Assembly (NCBI GenBank): GCA_963422365.1
Contig: OY729426.1
Span: 1,952,001 to 2,016,000 of the forward strand
Origin: Nitrospirales bacterium
Lineage (GTDB): Bacteria; Nitrospirota; Nitrospiria; Nitrospirales; UBA8639
Length of the DNA stretch: 64,000 nucleotides
Direction of reading: 5' to 3'
Shown here: positions 32,740-44,477 of the stretch, in pieces
Position numbering within the stretch: the stretch's first letter is position 1
Layout: every line of letters begins with the position of its first letter
The notes under the pieces: generated by a model
The model's input: only the letters and a program-made list of their open reading frames with translations
Told to the model about the DNA's origin: nothing
The model's database searches: none
Made by a program: the position numbers and the translations under genes

Positions 32740-32909
32740 ATGGGTCATGGTTTAAAGAATAGCGATTTTCTTAATTTGGGGACGAATCATACATACCCCA
32801 CAGAGCCGAGCGGTTTTGGTCAGCGTAGCGTCACTCACAAGACCATAAGAGGACTCCACAGAGAAAACAAGCCGGATTCAGAAAATCTTTCCCGATTCCT
32901 CGCCGTCCC

Positions 32910-33710
32910 TTATGTTATTTCAAGTACCGTGCCGGCTTTGATGCCAAATTTTTCCGCGACATTCACTTCTTTCATAAAGACTTCGAGGTACCCATTGCTG
33001 TTGATGAGGGCTTCGGGTTGTTTCGAAGAGCCCTGCTCATAATGCGTTTTGAGATGGTCGATCCTAACGCCGCCGATTTCAAACGAGATGCTCTTGCGCT
33101 TGCTGATTTCTTGGAGTGATTGAATGTCGGCTGGCGTGACGTCGGTGATTATGTTGCCAAACCGGTCGATATAGGCGATGCGACCGCGAAGGGTTCCCTC
33201 CCGCACTTCGGGTTTGTGAATCGGCAGTGTTTCATAATCAGAGATCAAGCGGCCATAGGCTCCTGGCATTTGTCCTCGCGTCAGCCAGGCGGCGGCCGGC
33301 GCGAATAAATCCCGGCCATCAAAGGTGGCGCCTTCCGAATCCAAGCGAAATTGACGATTTTCGATTTGCCGAACTTCCACGGAGAGTTCGTTTTCGAAGA
33401 TAGAAGTCAACACGCCATTATCGGGGGCCACAAAGAAAAATCGTGACGTCGTAACAAGCAACCCCCGGCGTGACGAGCCTACGCCCGGATCCACGACCAC
33501 GACGTGCACGGTTCCGTCCGGAAAATAGTGATAACAGGAATTTAAAAGAAACGCGGCTTCGTCAATAGAGTACGGGGTTACGTTATGCGTGACGTCGATG
33601 ATGCGCGCCTGATTGTTGATGCCTAAGATCACGCCTTTCATGCTGGCGACAAAATGGTCTCGAACACCGAAATCGGTCAGTAGAGTCAGGACAGATATGG
33701 CTGAAGGCAT
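32910..33710 (-). CDS. SAM hydrolase / chlorinase-fluorinase family (DUF62)
   Basis: LLTDFG, VVVDPGVG, APDNG, TFDGRDLFAP, IDRFGN. Confidence 0.93.
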   Translation of the reverse strand: MPSAISVLTLLTDFGVRDHFVASMKGVILGINNQARIIDVTHNVTPYSIDEAAFLLNSCYHYFPDGTVHVVVVDPGVGSSRRGLLVTTSRFFFVAPDNGVLTSIFENELSVEVRQIENRQFRLDSEGATFDGRDLFAPAAAWLTRGQMPGAYGRLISDYETLPIHKPEVREGTLRGRIAYIDRFGNIITDVTPADIQSLQEISKRKSISFEIGGVRIDHLKTHYEQGSSKQPEALINSNGYLEVFMKEVNVAEKFGIKAGTVLEIT

Positions 33711-33714
33711 GTGG

Positions 33715-34188
33715 TTACTCCGTGAAAAAGATTGCCTGAATTTCGTACTCGATCATCCCCGCCGGTCGGTTCACTTGCACCACGTCTCCAATGCGATGAC
33801 CAATTAACGCGCGTCCGATGGGAGATTGTACGGAAATCGAGCCGTGTTTGAGATCAGCTTCTTCTTGGCCAATGAGGGTATAGGTTTTCTGTTCTTCCGA
33901 TGGGACTTCCAGGAGGCGGACGGTCGTGCCAAAAACCACGGTTTCACTAGTCCCTGTGCCAGCCTCAATGACCTGTGCCTCTCCCAACATCCGCTGGATT
34001 GCACTCATCCGTGTATCAATATATTGCTGGCGCTCTTTCGCCGCTTTGTATTCGGCATTTTCTCGCAAATCACCATGTTCCCGCGCTTCGGCGATGTCTT
34101 GAATATTTTCAGGACGATCGACTTTCCGCAACCGGTCCAATTCGGCTTTGAGAGCCTCATATCCTTTTTTTGTCATCGGAACGCCCAT
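33715..34188 (-). CDS. greA: transcription elongation factor GreA
   Basis: AREHGDLRENAEY, ISVQSPIGRALIG. Confidence 0.97.
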   Translation of the reverse strand: MGVPMTKKGYEALKAELDRLRKVDRPENIQDIAEAREHGDLRENAEYKAAKERQQYIDTRMSAIQRMLGEAQVIEAGTGTSETVVFGTTVRLLEVPSEEQKTYTLIGQEEADLKHGSISVQSPIGRALIGHRIGDVVQVNRPAGMIEYEIQAIFFTE

Positions 34189-34240
34189 AATCCCTCCGAA
34201 CGAAACGCTGCATACTTCTAAAAGGTCAACATGGGTGATT

Positions 34241-34321
34241 GTCGCTACAGCATCTCATGCTGCCGAAAAACGTACCTGATAACGGGGCACAGGCCTGAGC
34301 GCCATAAGATGGCACAGCCAC
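34241..34321. repeat. inverted doublet of REP-like palindromes
   Basis: + strand GTCG-CTACAGCAT-CTC-ATGCTGCC at 34241-34264; - strand GTGG-CTGTGCCAT-CTT-ATGGCGC at 34299-34321. Confidence 0.55.
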
Positions 34322-34355
34322 AACGTTGTCAGATCAACAAAAGACATTCCTGTGC

Positions 34356-37300
34356 TCAGGTTGGATGATATTCTTGCAATGGTTGTATCGTGAGTGGAGA
34401 TTTCGTCATGGCCTCAATGGCCTTCACCGCCGCTTGAATGCCTTGAAGCGTCGTGAAATAGGGAATGTTCTGTTGAAGAGCTTCTCGTCGAATAGACAGC
34501 GAATCGTCTTGCGAGGAAGTGGTCCCCACGGTATTGACGACCAGATGAGCGTGGCGGTTTTTAATGTGATCCACGAGATGGGGACGCCCTTCTTTGACTT
34601 TATTGACGATTTCCACGTTGAGGCCGCGGTCGAGTAAATACGCGGCGGTTCCTCGTGTGGCTTGGATCCTGAACCCTAATGCTTGCAATCGTTCGGCGAC
34701 ATTGACCGTCCCGGGCTTGTCACCGTTTTTCACGCTCATGATGATAGTGCCTGCATGGGGCAAGCTCAGGCCTGCCGCCGCCTGAGATTTCGCAAACGCC
34801 CATCCAAAATCTTGATCGATCCCCATCACTTCCCCCGTCGAACGCATTTCAGGACCTAATAGTACATCAACGTTCCCTAGTTTCGTAAAGGGAAAAACCG
34901 ACTCCTTGACGGCAATATGCCGAATCACTGGAACCTCGGTGAAATTCAGGTCCTGAAGTGAATGCCCAACCATGGCTTTCATCGCAAGTTTTGCCAAGGG
35001 AACTCCAACCGTTTTGCTCACGAATGGGACGGTACGGGAAGCACGGGGGTTCACTTCCAATATAAACACGTCATTTTCTTGAACGGCAAATTGCACATTC
35101 ATGAGACCGACCACCTGAAGTTCACGGGCCAGGGCACCGGTCTCGTTGCGAATCCGATCAATCAACCCCGGTGTCAACGAGTACGGAGGAAGGGAACAGG
35201 CGGAATCTCCCGAATGGATGCCAGCTTCTTCCACGTGTTCCATGATGCCGGCCACGACAACATCGGTCCCATCAGAAACCGCATCCACGTCAACCTCAAT
35301 GGCATCGGTTAAATATTGATCAATTAAGAGTGGATATTGCTCGGTCGTCATAACCATGTTTTCGATATACAAACGAAGCGAGTCTTCATCGTAGACAATT
35401 TGCATCGCGCGCCCGCCCAAGACATACGATGGGCGTACAATGACCGGATAGCCAACATGCGAGGCAACGGCGGAAGCTTCCTTACGAGAGCGTGCAATAC
35501 CATTCCTCGGTTGCTGCAGGCCTAAGGTGGTGATTAACTGACTGAACCGCTCACGATCTTCAGCTCGATCAATCGCATCGGGACTCGTGCCTAAAATCGG
35601 AATCCCAGCTCGTGCCATAGGAAGTGCCAACTTGAGCGGCGTTTGCCCGCCGAATTGCACGACGACTCCCATGGGCTGTTCCACTTCCATGATGTTCAGC
35701 ACGTCTTCCTCGGTCAGCGGTTCAAAATAGAGTCGATCAGACGTGTCATAATCCGTGCTCACCGTTTCGGGATTGCAATTCACCATGATGGTTTCAATGC
35801 CCAATTCCCGTAAGGCCAAGGTGGCATGGACGCAGCAATAATCAAATTCAATCCCCTGCCCGATCCGATTCGGCCCGCCGCCTAAAATAACAACTTTTTG
35901 CTGGTTGGTTGGGCGTGCTTCACATTCTTGGCCATAGGTAGAATACAAATAGGGAGTCAGGGCTTCAAATTCGGCTGCACAGGTATCAACCCTTGAATAG
36001 GTCACGTGGTGTGAGGACAGACGGGTTTTTCGAAAAGTCCGGACGGCTGTGGCTGTCGTGTTGAGTAATTGGGCCAATCGTTGATCTGAAAACCCTAAAC
36101 GCTTTGCCTCTTTGAGCCGTTCAAGGCTATCAGGGTCATCAAACAGCGTGTTTAGTATCGTGGTGGCCACCACGTCCGTCTTTCGAGAGCATTCACGCAC
36201 TTGCGTCAGGAGTTGTTGTTCAAAGAGCACAAGTGCCTCTACTTGGTCCAAAAACCAGGGATCAACGTGAGTCACCGTAAAGATTTCGTCTTTGGAGATG
36301 CCGGTTCGCAGTGCATCCGCGATCTGCCACGGACGGTCCGGATGGGACGCTCGAATGGCGGTACGAATGTGCTCCAGCACAGACGGTTTGAGGGCATCTC
36401 CGGGAAGGTAATGGTCCAAGGCATTGAGGGAGATCAAGCCACAGCGGTCTGTTTCTAAGGACCGTAAGGCTTTTTGAAACGCTTCTTTAAATGTTCGTCC
36501 CAATGCCATCGCCTCACCTACGGATTTCATTTGGGTCGTGAGTGTGGGATTCGAGCCACGAAATTTTTCAAAGGCAAACCGTGGAATTTTGACGACGACG
36601 TAGTCAATCGTAGGTTCAAACGAGGCTTGAGTCACTTTGGTAATGTCATTGGCAATTTCATCCAAGGTATACCCGACTGCCAATTTCGCCGCGATCTTCG
36701 CAATCGGGAATCCGGTAGCCTTCGAGGCCAAGGCTGAACTCCGTGATACACGCGGGTTCATTTCAATCACAATCATTTCCCCGTTTTCGGGGTTGAGGGC
36801 AAATTGAATATTCGAACCGCCGGTATCAACGCCAATTTCTTGGATAATGCGAATCGCAGCATCCCGCATGCGTTGATACTCTTTATCCGTCAAGGTCATG
36901 GCCGGAGCGACCGTGATGCTATCACCGGTATGGATACCCATTGCGTCAAAGTTTTCGATAGGACAGACAATCACGACATTATCTTTCAGATCTCGCATGA
37001 CCTCGAGTTCATATTCTTTCCACCCAATTAACGACCGTTCGATCAACGCCTCCCCGACGGGACTCAGAAGCAACGCCCAATCAACATACTGCTCGAACTC
37101 TTCACGATTGTAGGCAATATTTCCCCCAGTTCCCCCTAATGTAAAGGAGGGGCGCACAACGGCCGGAAATCCGATGATGTCCAAAAAGCTCATGGCGTCT
37201 TCACGGGTTCGAATCAACCGGCTCAGCGGCGTGGCCACGCCGATGTTTTCCATGGCCTGCTTGAAGGCATTCCGATCCTCAGCCTTGTTGATGGCTTCGT

Positions 37301-37658
37301 AACTGGCCCCGATGAGCTGCACGTTATATTTTTCAAGAATACCCTGTTTCTGAAGGCTCATGGTCACATTCAGCGCCGTTTGGCCACCCATCGTGGGAAG
37401 CAACGCATCAGGACGTTCTTGCTCAATAATACGTTCCACCACCTCAACCGTAATGGGTTCAATATACGTGCGATCTGCCAAGTCGGGATCGGTCATGATC
37501 GTGGCGGGATTGCTGTTGATAAGCACCACTTCATACCCTTCCTGTTTCAGTGTTTTGCAGGCTTGGGTCCCGGAATAATCAAATTCGCAAGCTTGGCCGA
37601 TCACAATCGGTCCCGAGCCAATGAGTAAAATGCGCTGGAAGTCGGCTCGGCTCGGCAT
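34356..37658 (-). CDS. carB: carbamoyl-phosphate synthase large subunit
   Basis: [44 protein letters not shown]-terminal MGS domain. Confidence 0.98.
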   Translation of the reverse strand: MPSRADFQRILLIGSGPIVIGQACEFDYSGTQACKTLKQEGYEVVLINSNPATIMTDPDLADRTYIEPITVEVVERIIEQERPDALLPTMGGQTALNVTMSLQKQGILEKYNVQLIGASYEAINKAEDRNAFKQAMENIGVATPLSRLIRTREDAMSFLDIIGFPAVVRPSFTLGGTGGNIAYNREEFEQYVDWALLLSPVGEALIERSLIGWKEYELEVMRDLKDNVVIVCPIENFDAMGIHTGDSITVAPAMTLTDKEYQRMRDAAIRIIQEIGVDTGGSNIQFALNPENGEMIVIEMNPRVSRSSALASKATGFPIAKIAAKLAVGYTLDEIANDITKVTQASFEPTIDYVVVKIPRFAFEKFRGSNPTLTTQMKSVGEAMALGRTFKEAFQKALRSLETDRCGLISLNALDHYLPGDALKPSVLEHIRTAIRASHPDRPWQIADALRTGISKDEIFTVTHVDPWFLDQVEALVLFEQQLLTQVRECSRKTDVVATTILNTLFDDPDSLERLKEAKRLGFSDQRLAQLLNTTATAVRTFRKTRLSSHHVTYSRVDTCAAEFEALTPYLYSTYGQECEARPTNQQKVVILGGGPNRIGQGIEFDYCCVHATLALRELGIETIMVNCNPETVSTDYDTSDRLYFEPLTEEDVLNIMEVEQPMGVVVQFGGQTPLKLALPMARAGIPILGTSPDAIDRAEDRERFSQLITTLGLQQPRNGIARSRKEASAVASHVGYPVIVRPSYVLGGRAMQIVYDEDSLRLYIENMVMTTEQYPLLIDQYLTDAIEVDVDAVSDGTDVVVAGIMEHVEEAGIHSGDSACSLPPYSLTPGLIDRIRNETGALARELQVVGLMNVQFAVQENDVFILEVNPRASRTVPFVSKTVGVPLAKLAMKAMVGHSLQDLNFTEVPVIRHIAVKESVFPFTKLGNVDVLLGPEMRSTGEVMGIDQDFGWAFAKSQAAAGLSLPHAGTIIMSVKNGDKPGTVNVAERLQALGFRIQATRGTAAYLLDRGLNVEIVNKVKEGRPHLVDHIKNRHAHLVVNTVGTTSSQDDSLSIRREALQQNIPYFTTLQGIQAAVKAIEAMTKSPLTIQPLQEYHPT

Positions 37659-37664
37659 AGGAGA

Positions 37665-38546
37665 TCAGTTCACCAGAGTTGAAGTCGTCGTCTGCACTGA
37701 GGGTTCGGATGTGTCCGGTTCAGTATGGTCACGGTCAGGCTGATAATGCCCCATGGCATCCGGAATCCAGTCCTCTATTTGTCGAATCCGCGTGGCATCC
37801 GAAGGATGCGTCGAAAGAAATTCAGGGATCGCCGCATTTGATCGGAAACAAAACCTTCCAATCATTTGTTTCGGGCATCCACTCATTCGCTCCCAAAAAC
37901 TGACAGCCTCATGCGGGTTATACCCGGCTTTTGCCATCAGTCGCAGGCCAATATAGTCGGCTTCCGATTCTTGCTGCCGATTGTGCGGAAGAGTGACTCC
38001 TAGGCCGTAAGCGTTCATGGCACTCATGGCAACCTGAGGGTTGACGGCTCCACTGGCAGCCCCGGCAATCATGCCTATTTGGGCAATTTGATCGAGAATC
38101 CCACGGCTCATGCGTTCTGCACCGTGTCGCTGAAGGGCATGCGCAACCTCATGGGCAATGACCGTGGCTAGTCCGTCTTCGGTCTTCGTGTGTTTCAAGA
38201 TACCCGTATAAATCGCAACCTTCCCCCCCGGAAGAGCAAAGGCATTAATCATTTCGTCGTCTTGAATGACGGCAAATTCCCAATGATATTCCGGTTTATC
38301 GGCCGCGGCGGCTATACGCCGGCCAACGCGGTTGACTATTTCATTGATTTCGGTATTGGCGCTGAGCCTGGCTTGTCGCAGGACATCACGAAAGGCGCTG
38401 ATTCCTAATGCAATTTCTTTTTCCTCCGGAAAAAAAATTATCTGGTCGCGCCCAGTCCCTGGTGCTTTGATACAGCCAGCCAAAAGCAGTAATCCGCAGA
38501 GGATCACAATCCTCTGGAGCGTGGGCACGGATACAAAAAGACTCAT
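37665..38546 (-). CDS. M48 family metallopeptidase (lipoprotein)
   Basis: Lipobox LLAGC, NAFALPGG, HEVAH, ESEADYIG, LSTHP. Confidence 0.93.
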   Translation of the reverse strand: MSLFVSVPTLQRIVILCGLLLLAGCIKAPGTGRDQIIFFPEEKEIALGISAFRDVLRQARLSANTEINEIVNRVGRRIAAAADKPEYHWEFAVIQDDEMINAFALPGGKVAIYTGILKHTKTEDGLATVIAHEVAHALQRHGAERMSRGILDQIAQIGMIAGAASGAVNPQVAMSAMNAYGLGVTLPHNRQQESEADYIGLRLMAKAGYNPHEAVSFWERMSGCPKQMIGRFCFRSNAAIPEFLSTHPSDATRIRQIEDWIPDAMGHYQPDRDHTEPDTSEPSVQTTTSTLVN

Positions 38547-38581
38547 CTTGTCGTGCGTTGTTCCGATTTCCTCTATCTTTC

Positions 38582-39559
38582 CTACGGAAGCCAGAGATAC
38601 AGAAAGGCTGGAGTGCCGCCCGCTATTAGGGTTGTCAGTGAAACAGGATCGAATCTCGGGAAAACCCAATCGGTGTCCCCCGTCAGCTTTCCAGATCCTT
38701 GAGCATAAATATTCGGGTGATATCCGCCTGCACGCTGATACATAATAACCTGAGCCTCTTCGATCCCTGCTTCGTGTTTAGCCAGTTGAAGAGCGTCATC
38801 GACATAACCTATCGCATCAATCAAGCCATGCTCTTTGGCCTGCGGCGCAGAGTAAATTCGACCATCAGCCAACTGACGAATGGTTTCAGGTTTCAGATTC
38901 GGCCTCCCTTGTTCGATGACGTGAAGAAACCTGGCATAAAAGGAATCAATCACTCCTTGAAAAATTACACGGTCCTGATCAGTCATGGTGCGGAATGGCG
39001 AGCCCATGTCCTTATGAGGCCCTGACGTGACCGTATCGGCCCGAATGCCTATTTTTTCCATCAGGCCTGACGCATTGAGCGTCAGCATAATGACGCCGAG
39101 GCTGCCCGTCACCGACGATGGATGCGCCACCACTCGATCAGCGGCCATTGCCACGTAATAACCACCCGAGGTGCCTAAGTCCATGATAGAGGCAATGACC
39201 GGGATCTTCCGGGTCTTTTTCAATTCCTGAATTTCATGATACAAAATATCTGCAGCCGTGACCGTCCCGCCCGGTGTATTGATCCGAAACACGATCGCCT
39301 TGACCTGCTCGTCCTCGGCGGCTTTGGTGAGCTCTTCCTTGAATCGTGTGGGTAAACTGAGACGATCAAAAAGCCGATTGAGAACACCGCTGGGCTTGGC
39401 CGAGGTTAAAATCCCGGAAATATCAATCAACAAGACCTTCTCGCGTCCCTTGCCTGAAAGCACGATTTCTTGTAACGGGCTCGTTTGGGGGAAGAAGGAA
39501 GGGGTCATACATCCCGTCGCCATCATCAGCACAAGGCCGAGAAACAGGAGTCTAGACAT
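38582..39559 (-). CDS. sppA: signal peptide peptidase SppA (S49), lipoprotein
   Basis: Lipobox-like ATGC, RINTPGG, SGGYYVA, TGSLGVI, ADGRIY. Confidence 0.93.
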   Translation of the reverse strand: MSRLLFLGLVLMMATGCMTPSFFPQTSPLQEIVLSGKGREKVLLIDISGILTSAKPSGVLNRLFDRLSLPTRFKEELTKAAEDEQVKAIVFRINTPGGTVTAADILYHEIQELKKTRKIPVIASIMDLGTSGGYYVAMAADRVVAHPSSVTGSLGVIMLTLNASGLMEKIGIRADTVTSGPHKDMGSPFRTMTDQDRVIFQGVIDSFYARFLHVIEQGRPNLKPETIRQLADGRIYSAPQAKEHGLIDAIGYVDDALQLAKHEAGIEEAQVIMYQRAGGYHPNIYAQGSGKLTGDTDWVFPRFDPVSLTTLIAGGTPAFLYLWLP

Positions 39560-40721
39560 GGGCGTGTTCCATCATGGATCGAAATTGACCAAACAGGTAG
39601 GAAGAATCATGTGGACCGGGAGAGGCTTCCGGATGATATTGGACCGAGAGAACCGGTGTGTTTTTTCCAACAAGACCCTCTAAACACTTATCATGGAGAC
39701 TCACATGCGTCGGTTCGAATTGCCCCCAGGGCGTATCCAAGACGCCCTGGTCATGTTCCGCTGAAGACATGCGAACTGCAAAGTTATGATTTTGTGAGGT
39801 GATTTCTACTTTTCTGGATCGTAAATCCAGCACCGGATGGTTGGTGCCATGATGTCCGAATTTTAATTTATACGTGGAGAGTCCTAACGCCAGCCCCAAC
39901 ATTTGGTGGCCCAGGCAGATTCCCATGATCGGCCGCCACCCAAGCAGATCTTGAATATGAGGAACCGCATACGACGCACCCGCAGGATCACCAGGTCCAT
40001 TGGACAAAAGAATGCCGTCTGGATTCATGGCTCGAACCGTCTCGGCAGTGGTGGATGCGGGAACCACGGTCACGGCACACCCTTCGTCCACCAGCCTCCG
40101 TAAAATATTCCGTTTCACACCAAAATCATAGACCACAACCTGGAATTGTCTTGTCGGACTCAGGTTGGCTTGGCCGATTGCATTCAAACGCTGAGGCCAA
40201 GACCCGGTGCCTTCTTTCCATTGATACGCAGAAGCACAGGTCACCGTCCCGACTAAATCTTGTCCGGAAATAGAGGGCAGCGCGTTTGCTTTTGCAACGA
40301 GATTGTCCGTGGGTCCATCGACATGGGAGATGACTCCTGCCTGCGAACCATGAGTACGCAGATGGCGCGTGAGATACCGAGTGTCGATTCCTTCAATGCC
40401 TATAATCCGATGACTCACCAAATACTCATGTAACGAAAGGTCCGAGCGCCAATTGCTGGGATGCCGAGAAGCCTCATGCACAATAAAACCCTCGGCCCAT
40501 GTGCACCGGGATTCGTTATCCTCTTGTGAAATGCCATAATTGCCGATATGCGGACAGGTCATCAGGACCATCTGTCCTGTGTAGGACGGGTCCGTGAGGA
40601 TTTCTTGATACCCCGTCATCGCGGTATTGAACACCACCTCACCGGACGTCTCACCCTTAAAGCCTAACGCCCGTCCTTCAAAGACGGTTCCGTCAGCTAA
40701 TGCAAGAATCGCTTTTTTCAT
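39552..40721 (-). CDS. carA: carbamoyl-phosphate synthase small subunit
   Basis: GEVVFNTAMTGYQE, SNGPGDP, GICLGHQ, QYHPEASPGPHD. Confidence 0.98.
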   Translation of the reverse strand: MKKAILALADGTVFEGRALGFKGETSGEVVFNTAMTGYQEILTDPSYTGQMVLMTCPHIGNYGISQEDNESRCTWAEGFIVHEASRHPSNWRSDLSLHEYLVSHRIIGIEGIDTRYLTRHLRTHGSQAGVISHVDGPTDNLVAKANALPSISGQDLVGTVTCASAYQWKEGTGSWPQRLNAIGQANLSPTRQFQVVVYDFGVKRNILRRLVDEGCAVTVVPASTTAETVRAMNPDGILLSNGPGDPAGASYAVPHIQDLLGWRPIMGICLGHQMLGLALGLSTYKLKFGHHGTNHPVLDLRSRKVEITSQNHNFAVRMSSAEHDQGVLDTPWGQFEPTHVSLHDKCLEGLVGKNTPVLSVQYHPEASPGPHDSSYLFGQFRSMMEHAHV

Positions 40722-40851
40722 CGAGCACCTATTCTTTGAACTTCAAAAAAATCTTCGGATGTCGCTACGCGACCCGATAACGACTTGTTAGCAGTGAGAA
40801 CGACTCCCGTAGCTCAGAGTGCCATGGAGGAAGCGCCGCTGAGGATGACTG

Positions 40852-41388
40852 TCATTCAAAACCGAACGCTCCTCTATTCCGAAGCCAGTGGCGGAATTTG
40901 ACTGCAAGCAGACTTATGGCAAGGGCGGCATTGACCAGATGAAAGGCACGCACGATCATATGCATTCGAAAAAAGGCCTCAAAGGCTGTTTTTTTCGTTT
41001 CCTGTGAATCTGCCGTGAACGCGGCCTCCTGTAATTCAACGGCCTCCGGTCCCAGTACCACCAGAACCAAAAACGTGACAACCGTGAGAGCCCCCAATAG
41101 GCTGATCTCGGATCGTCTCAAGGGCAGATTCCGGCTCGGCTCCTGTTGATGTTTCCAATATCGAAAGAGGGCCGTCCCGATCAACACCACGACAATGCCA
41201 CTGGTCAGGGCATTATAACCGTCAAAGACACGCCGTAAAAACCGCCCGCCCGTTTCCATTCCCAAGGTATTGAACACCGCAGGGATCACTGCCGTCAGGA
41301 GCACTGCCAAACCCCCGATCCAAACCATGAGGCCGAGCAATTCCAGTAACGAACAGGACAGTTGCCATCCTGAAGGGCTTCGAGCCAT
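40852..41388 (-). CDS. DUF4149/TMEM205-like membrane protein
   Basis: VWIGG..AVIPAVF..GRFLRRVF, F..MH; about 4 TM; start chosen at ATG 41388. Confidence 0.75.
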   Translation of the reverse strand: MARSPSGWQLSCSLLELLGLMVWIGGLAVLLTAVIPAVFNTLGMETGGRFLRRVFDGYNALTSGIVVVLIGTALFRYWKHQQEPSRNLPLRRSEISLLGALTVVTFLVLVVLGPEAVELQEAAFTADSQETKKTAFEAFFRMHMIVRAFHLVNAALAISLLAVKFRHWLRNRGAFGFE

Positions 41389-41443
41389 GCACGCCTCCCG
41401 CCGTGCAAAACGTACTGGGCAAAGCCATCCTTTCATCTTTGGC

Positions 41444-42763
41444 TCATCGCTTTTCCCGAATGACGGGTTTCTGGCCATACACCACGTGCCCGCCCACCAA
41501 CGTTTTGACAACCCGTCCCTTCATGGTCCAACCGGCAAACGGCGTATTGCGGCTGAGTGAATGCAGTCGAGGGGGATCCACAACCCATGTGGCATTCGGA
41601 TCGATCAACACGAGATCAGCCTCGACTCCTGGTACAAGGGTGCCATATGGCAGACGAAACACGCGAGCCGGTTCACGCGTCAGTTTGGCAATGGCTTGCT
41701 CCAACGTCAGTAGCCCCTCCTCGACAAGATTCAGGGTGAGCGGGAACGCCGTCTCCAAACCGATGATACCAAAAGGGGCTGCATCGAATTCCAATTGTTT
41801 CTCCTGAATGGCATGGGGTGCATGATCGGTAGCCACGATATCGATGGTATTATCTTGCAACCCTTCCTTGATCGCCTGCACATCCTCATCGGTTCGTAAG
41901 GGGGGATTCATTTTGGCATTGGCGTCAAAGGATCGAACGGCTTCATCCGTTAACGAGAAGTGATGCGGGCAAGCTTCGGCGGTGACGGGAACCCCGCGTG
42001 CCTTGGCTTCTCGTACCATCCGAACTGAGCCCACCGTACTGACGTGAGGCAGATGCAAGCGTGCACCGGTTAACTCGGCCAGGGAAATATTCCGGGCGAC
42101 CATAACTTCTTCGGCAGCTTTCGGGATCCCCTGAATGCCCAGTTCGGTGGATACCACACCCTCATGTATACTGCCGCCGTGTGAGAGCAGAGCATCTTCG
42201 CAGTGATCGACAACCGGAAGATGAAAAGCCGAGGCATATTCCATCGCTCGACGCATGACCAGGCTATTCATGACGGGATGCCCATCGTCGGAAATGGCCA
42301 CGCAGCCGGCATCGAATAATTCCCCAATCTCTGCAAGTTCCTCTCCTTTCGATCCTTTTGTAATCGCACCGATTGGAAAAACCCTGGCTTTTCGGGCCGC
42401 CGCAGCTTGGGCAAGAATAAATTCCGTGACCGACCGAGAATCGTTGACGGGCTGAGTATTGGGCATACAACACACCGAGGTAAAGCCCCCGGCCACGGCC
42501 GCTGCACTTCCAGTAGCAATCGTTTCCTTATGCTCGAATCCCGGTTCTCGAAAGTGGACATGCAGATCCACGAACCCGGGACACACGATCAGCCCTTTCG
42601 CATCGATCGTGGTCAGCGCCGTTGACTCTTGAAATCTTCGTTGAAGGTTCGGCTCCACCGCGCTGATTTTTCCCTCTTCGATCAGTACGTCGGACACGCC
42701 GTTCCATCGGCCAGGGTCGATCACCTGCCCTTCAGTGATAAGGATCTTCATCCAGTTCGCCAT
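41444..42763 (-). CDS. pyrC: dihydroorotase
   Basis: PGFVDLHVHFREPG, CCMPNT, KMNPPLR, ATDHAPH. Confidence 0.97.
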   Translation of the reverse strand: MANWMKILITEGQVIDPGRWNGVSDVLIEEGKISAVEPNLQRRFQESTALTTIDAKGLIVCPGFVDLHVHFREPGFEHKETIATGSAAAVAGGFTSVCCMPNTQPVNDSRSVTEFILAQAAAARKARVFPIGAITKGSKGEELAEIGELFDAGCVAISDDGHPVMNSLVMRRAMEYASAFHLPVVDHCEDALLSHGGSIHEGVVSTELGIQGIPKAAEEVMVARNISLAELTGARLHLPHVSTVGSVRMVREAKARGVPVTAEACPHHFSLTDEAVRSFDANAKMNPPLRTDEDVQAIKEGLQDNTIDIVATDHAPHAIQEKQLEFDAAPFGIIGLETAFPLTLNLVEEGLLTLEQAIAKLTREPARVFRLPYGTLVPGVEADLVLIDPNATWVVDPPRLHSLSRNTPFAGWTMKGRVVKTLVGGHVVYGQKPVIREKR

Positions 42764-42797
42764 AACACGTCTCTCGATAAGCTTGGCTGCAGCACGG

Positions 42798-44374
<1,577 letters not shown>

Positions 44375-44387
44375 TCATCACGACATT

Positions 44388-44420
44388 CCTTCCTCACCTC
44401 ACGGGATGAGTCTTAAAGGT
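44388..44420 (-). promoter_or_regulatory. PyrR-binding RNA loop
   Basis: Minus strand ACCTTTAAGACTCATCCCGTGAGGTGAGGAAGG matches the PyrR site pattern CUUUAA...UCCNGNGAGG...AAGG. Confidence 0.85.
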
Positions 44421-44426
44421 AGTATC

Positions 44427-44455
44427 ATCCTAAAAGTTCAAGAGGGTTTAGTCAA
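44427..44455 (-). promoter_or_regulatory. sigma70-type promoter of the pyr operon
   Basis: TTGACT-17 nt-TAGGAT on the minus strand, immediately upstream of the PyrR loop. Confidence 0.7.
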
Positions 44456-44477
44456 GCACTTCTTGTTGGGAACAGAA

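Noticed and set aside
32449..33042. 197-aa plus-strand ORF
   Set aside because: It is antisense to the DUF1640 remnant and the DUF62 gene end; its composition is not protein-like.
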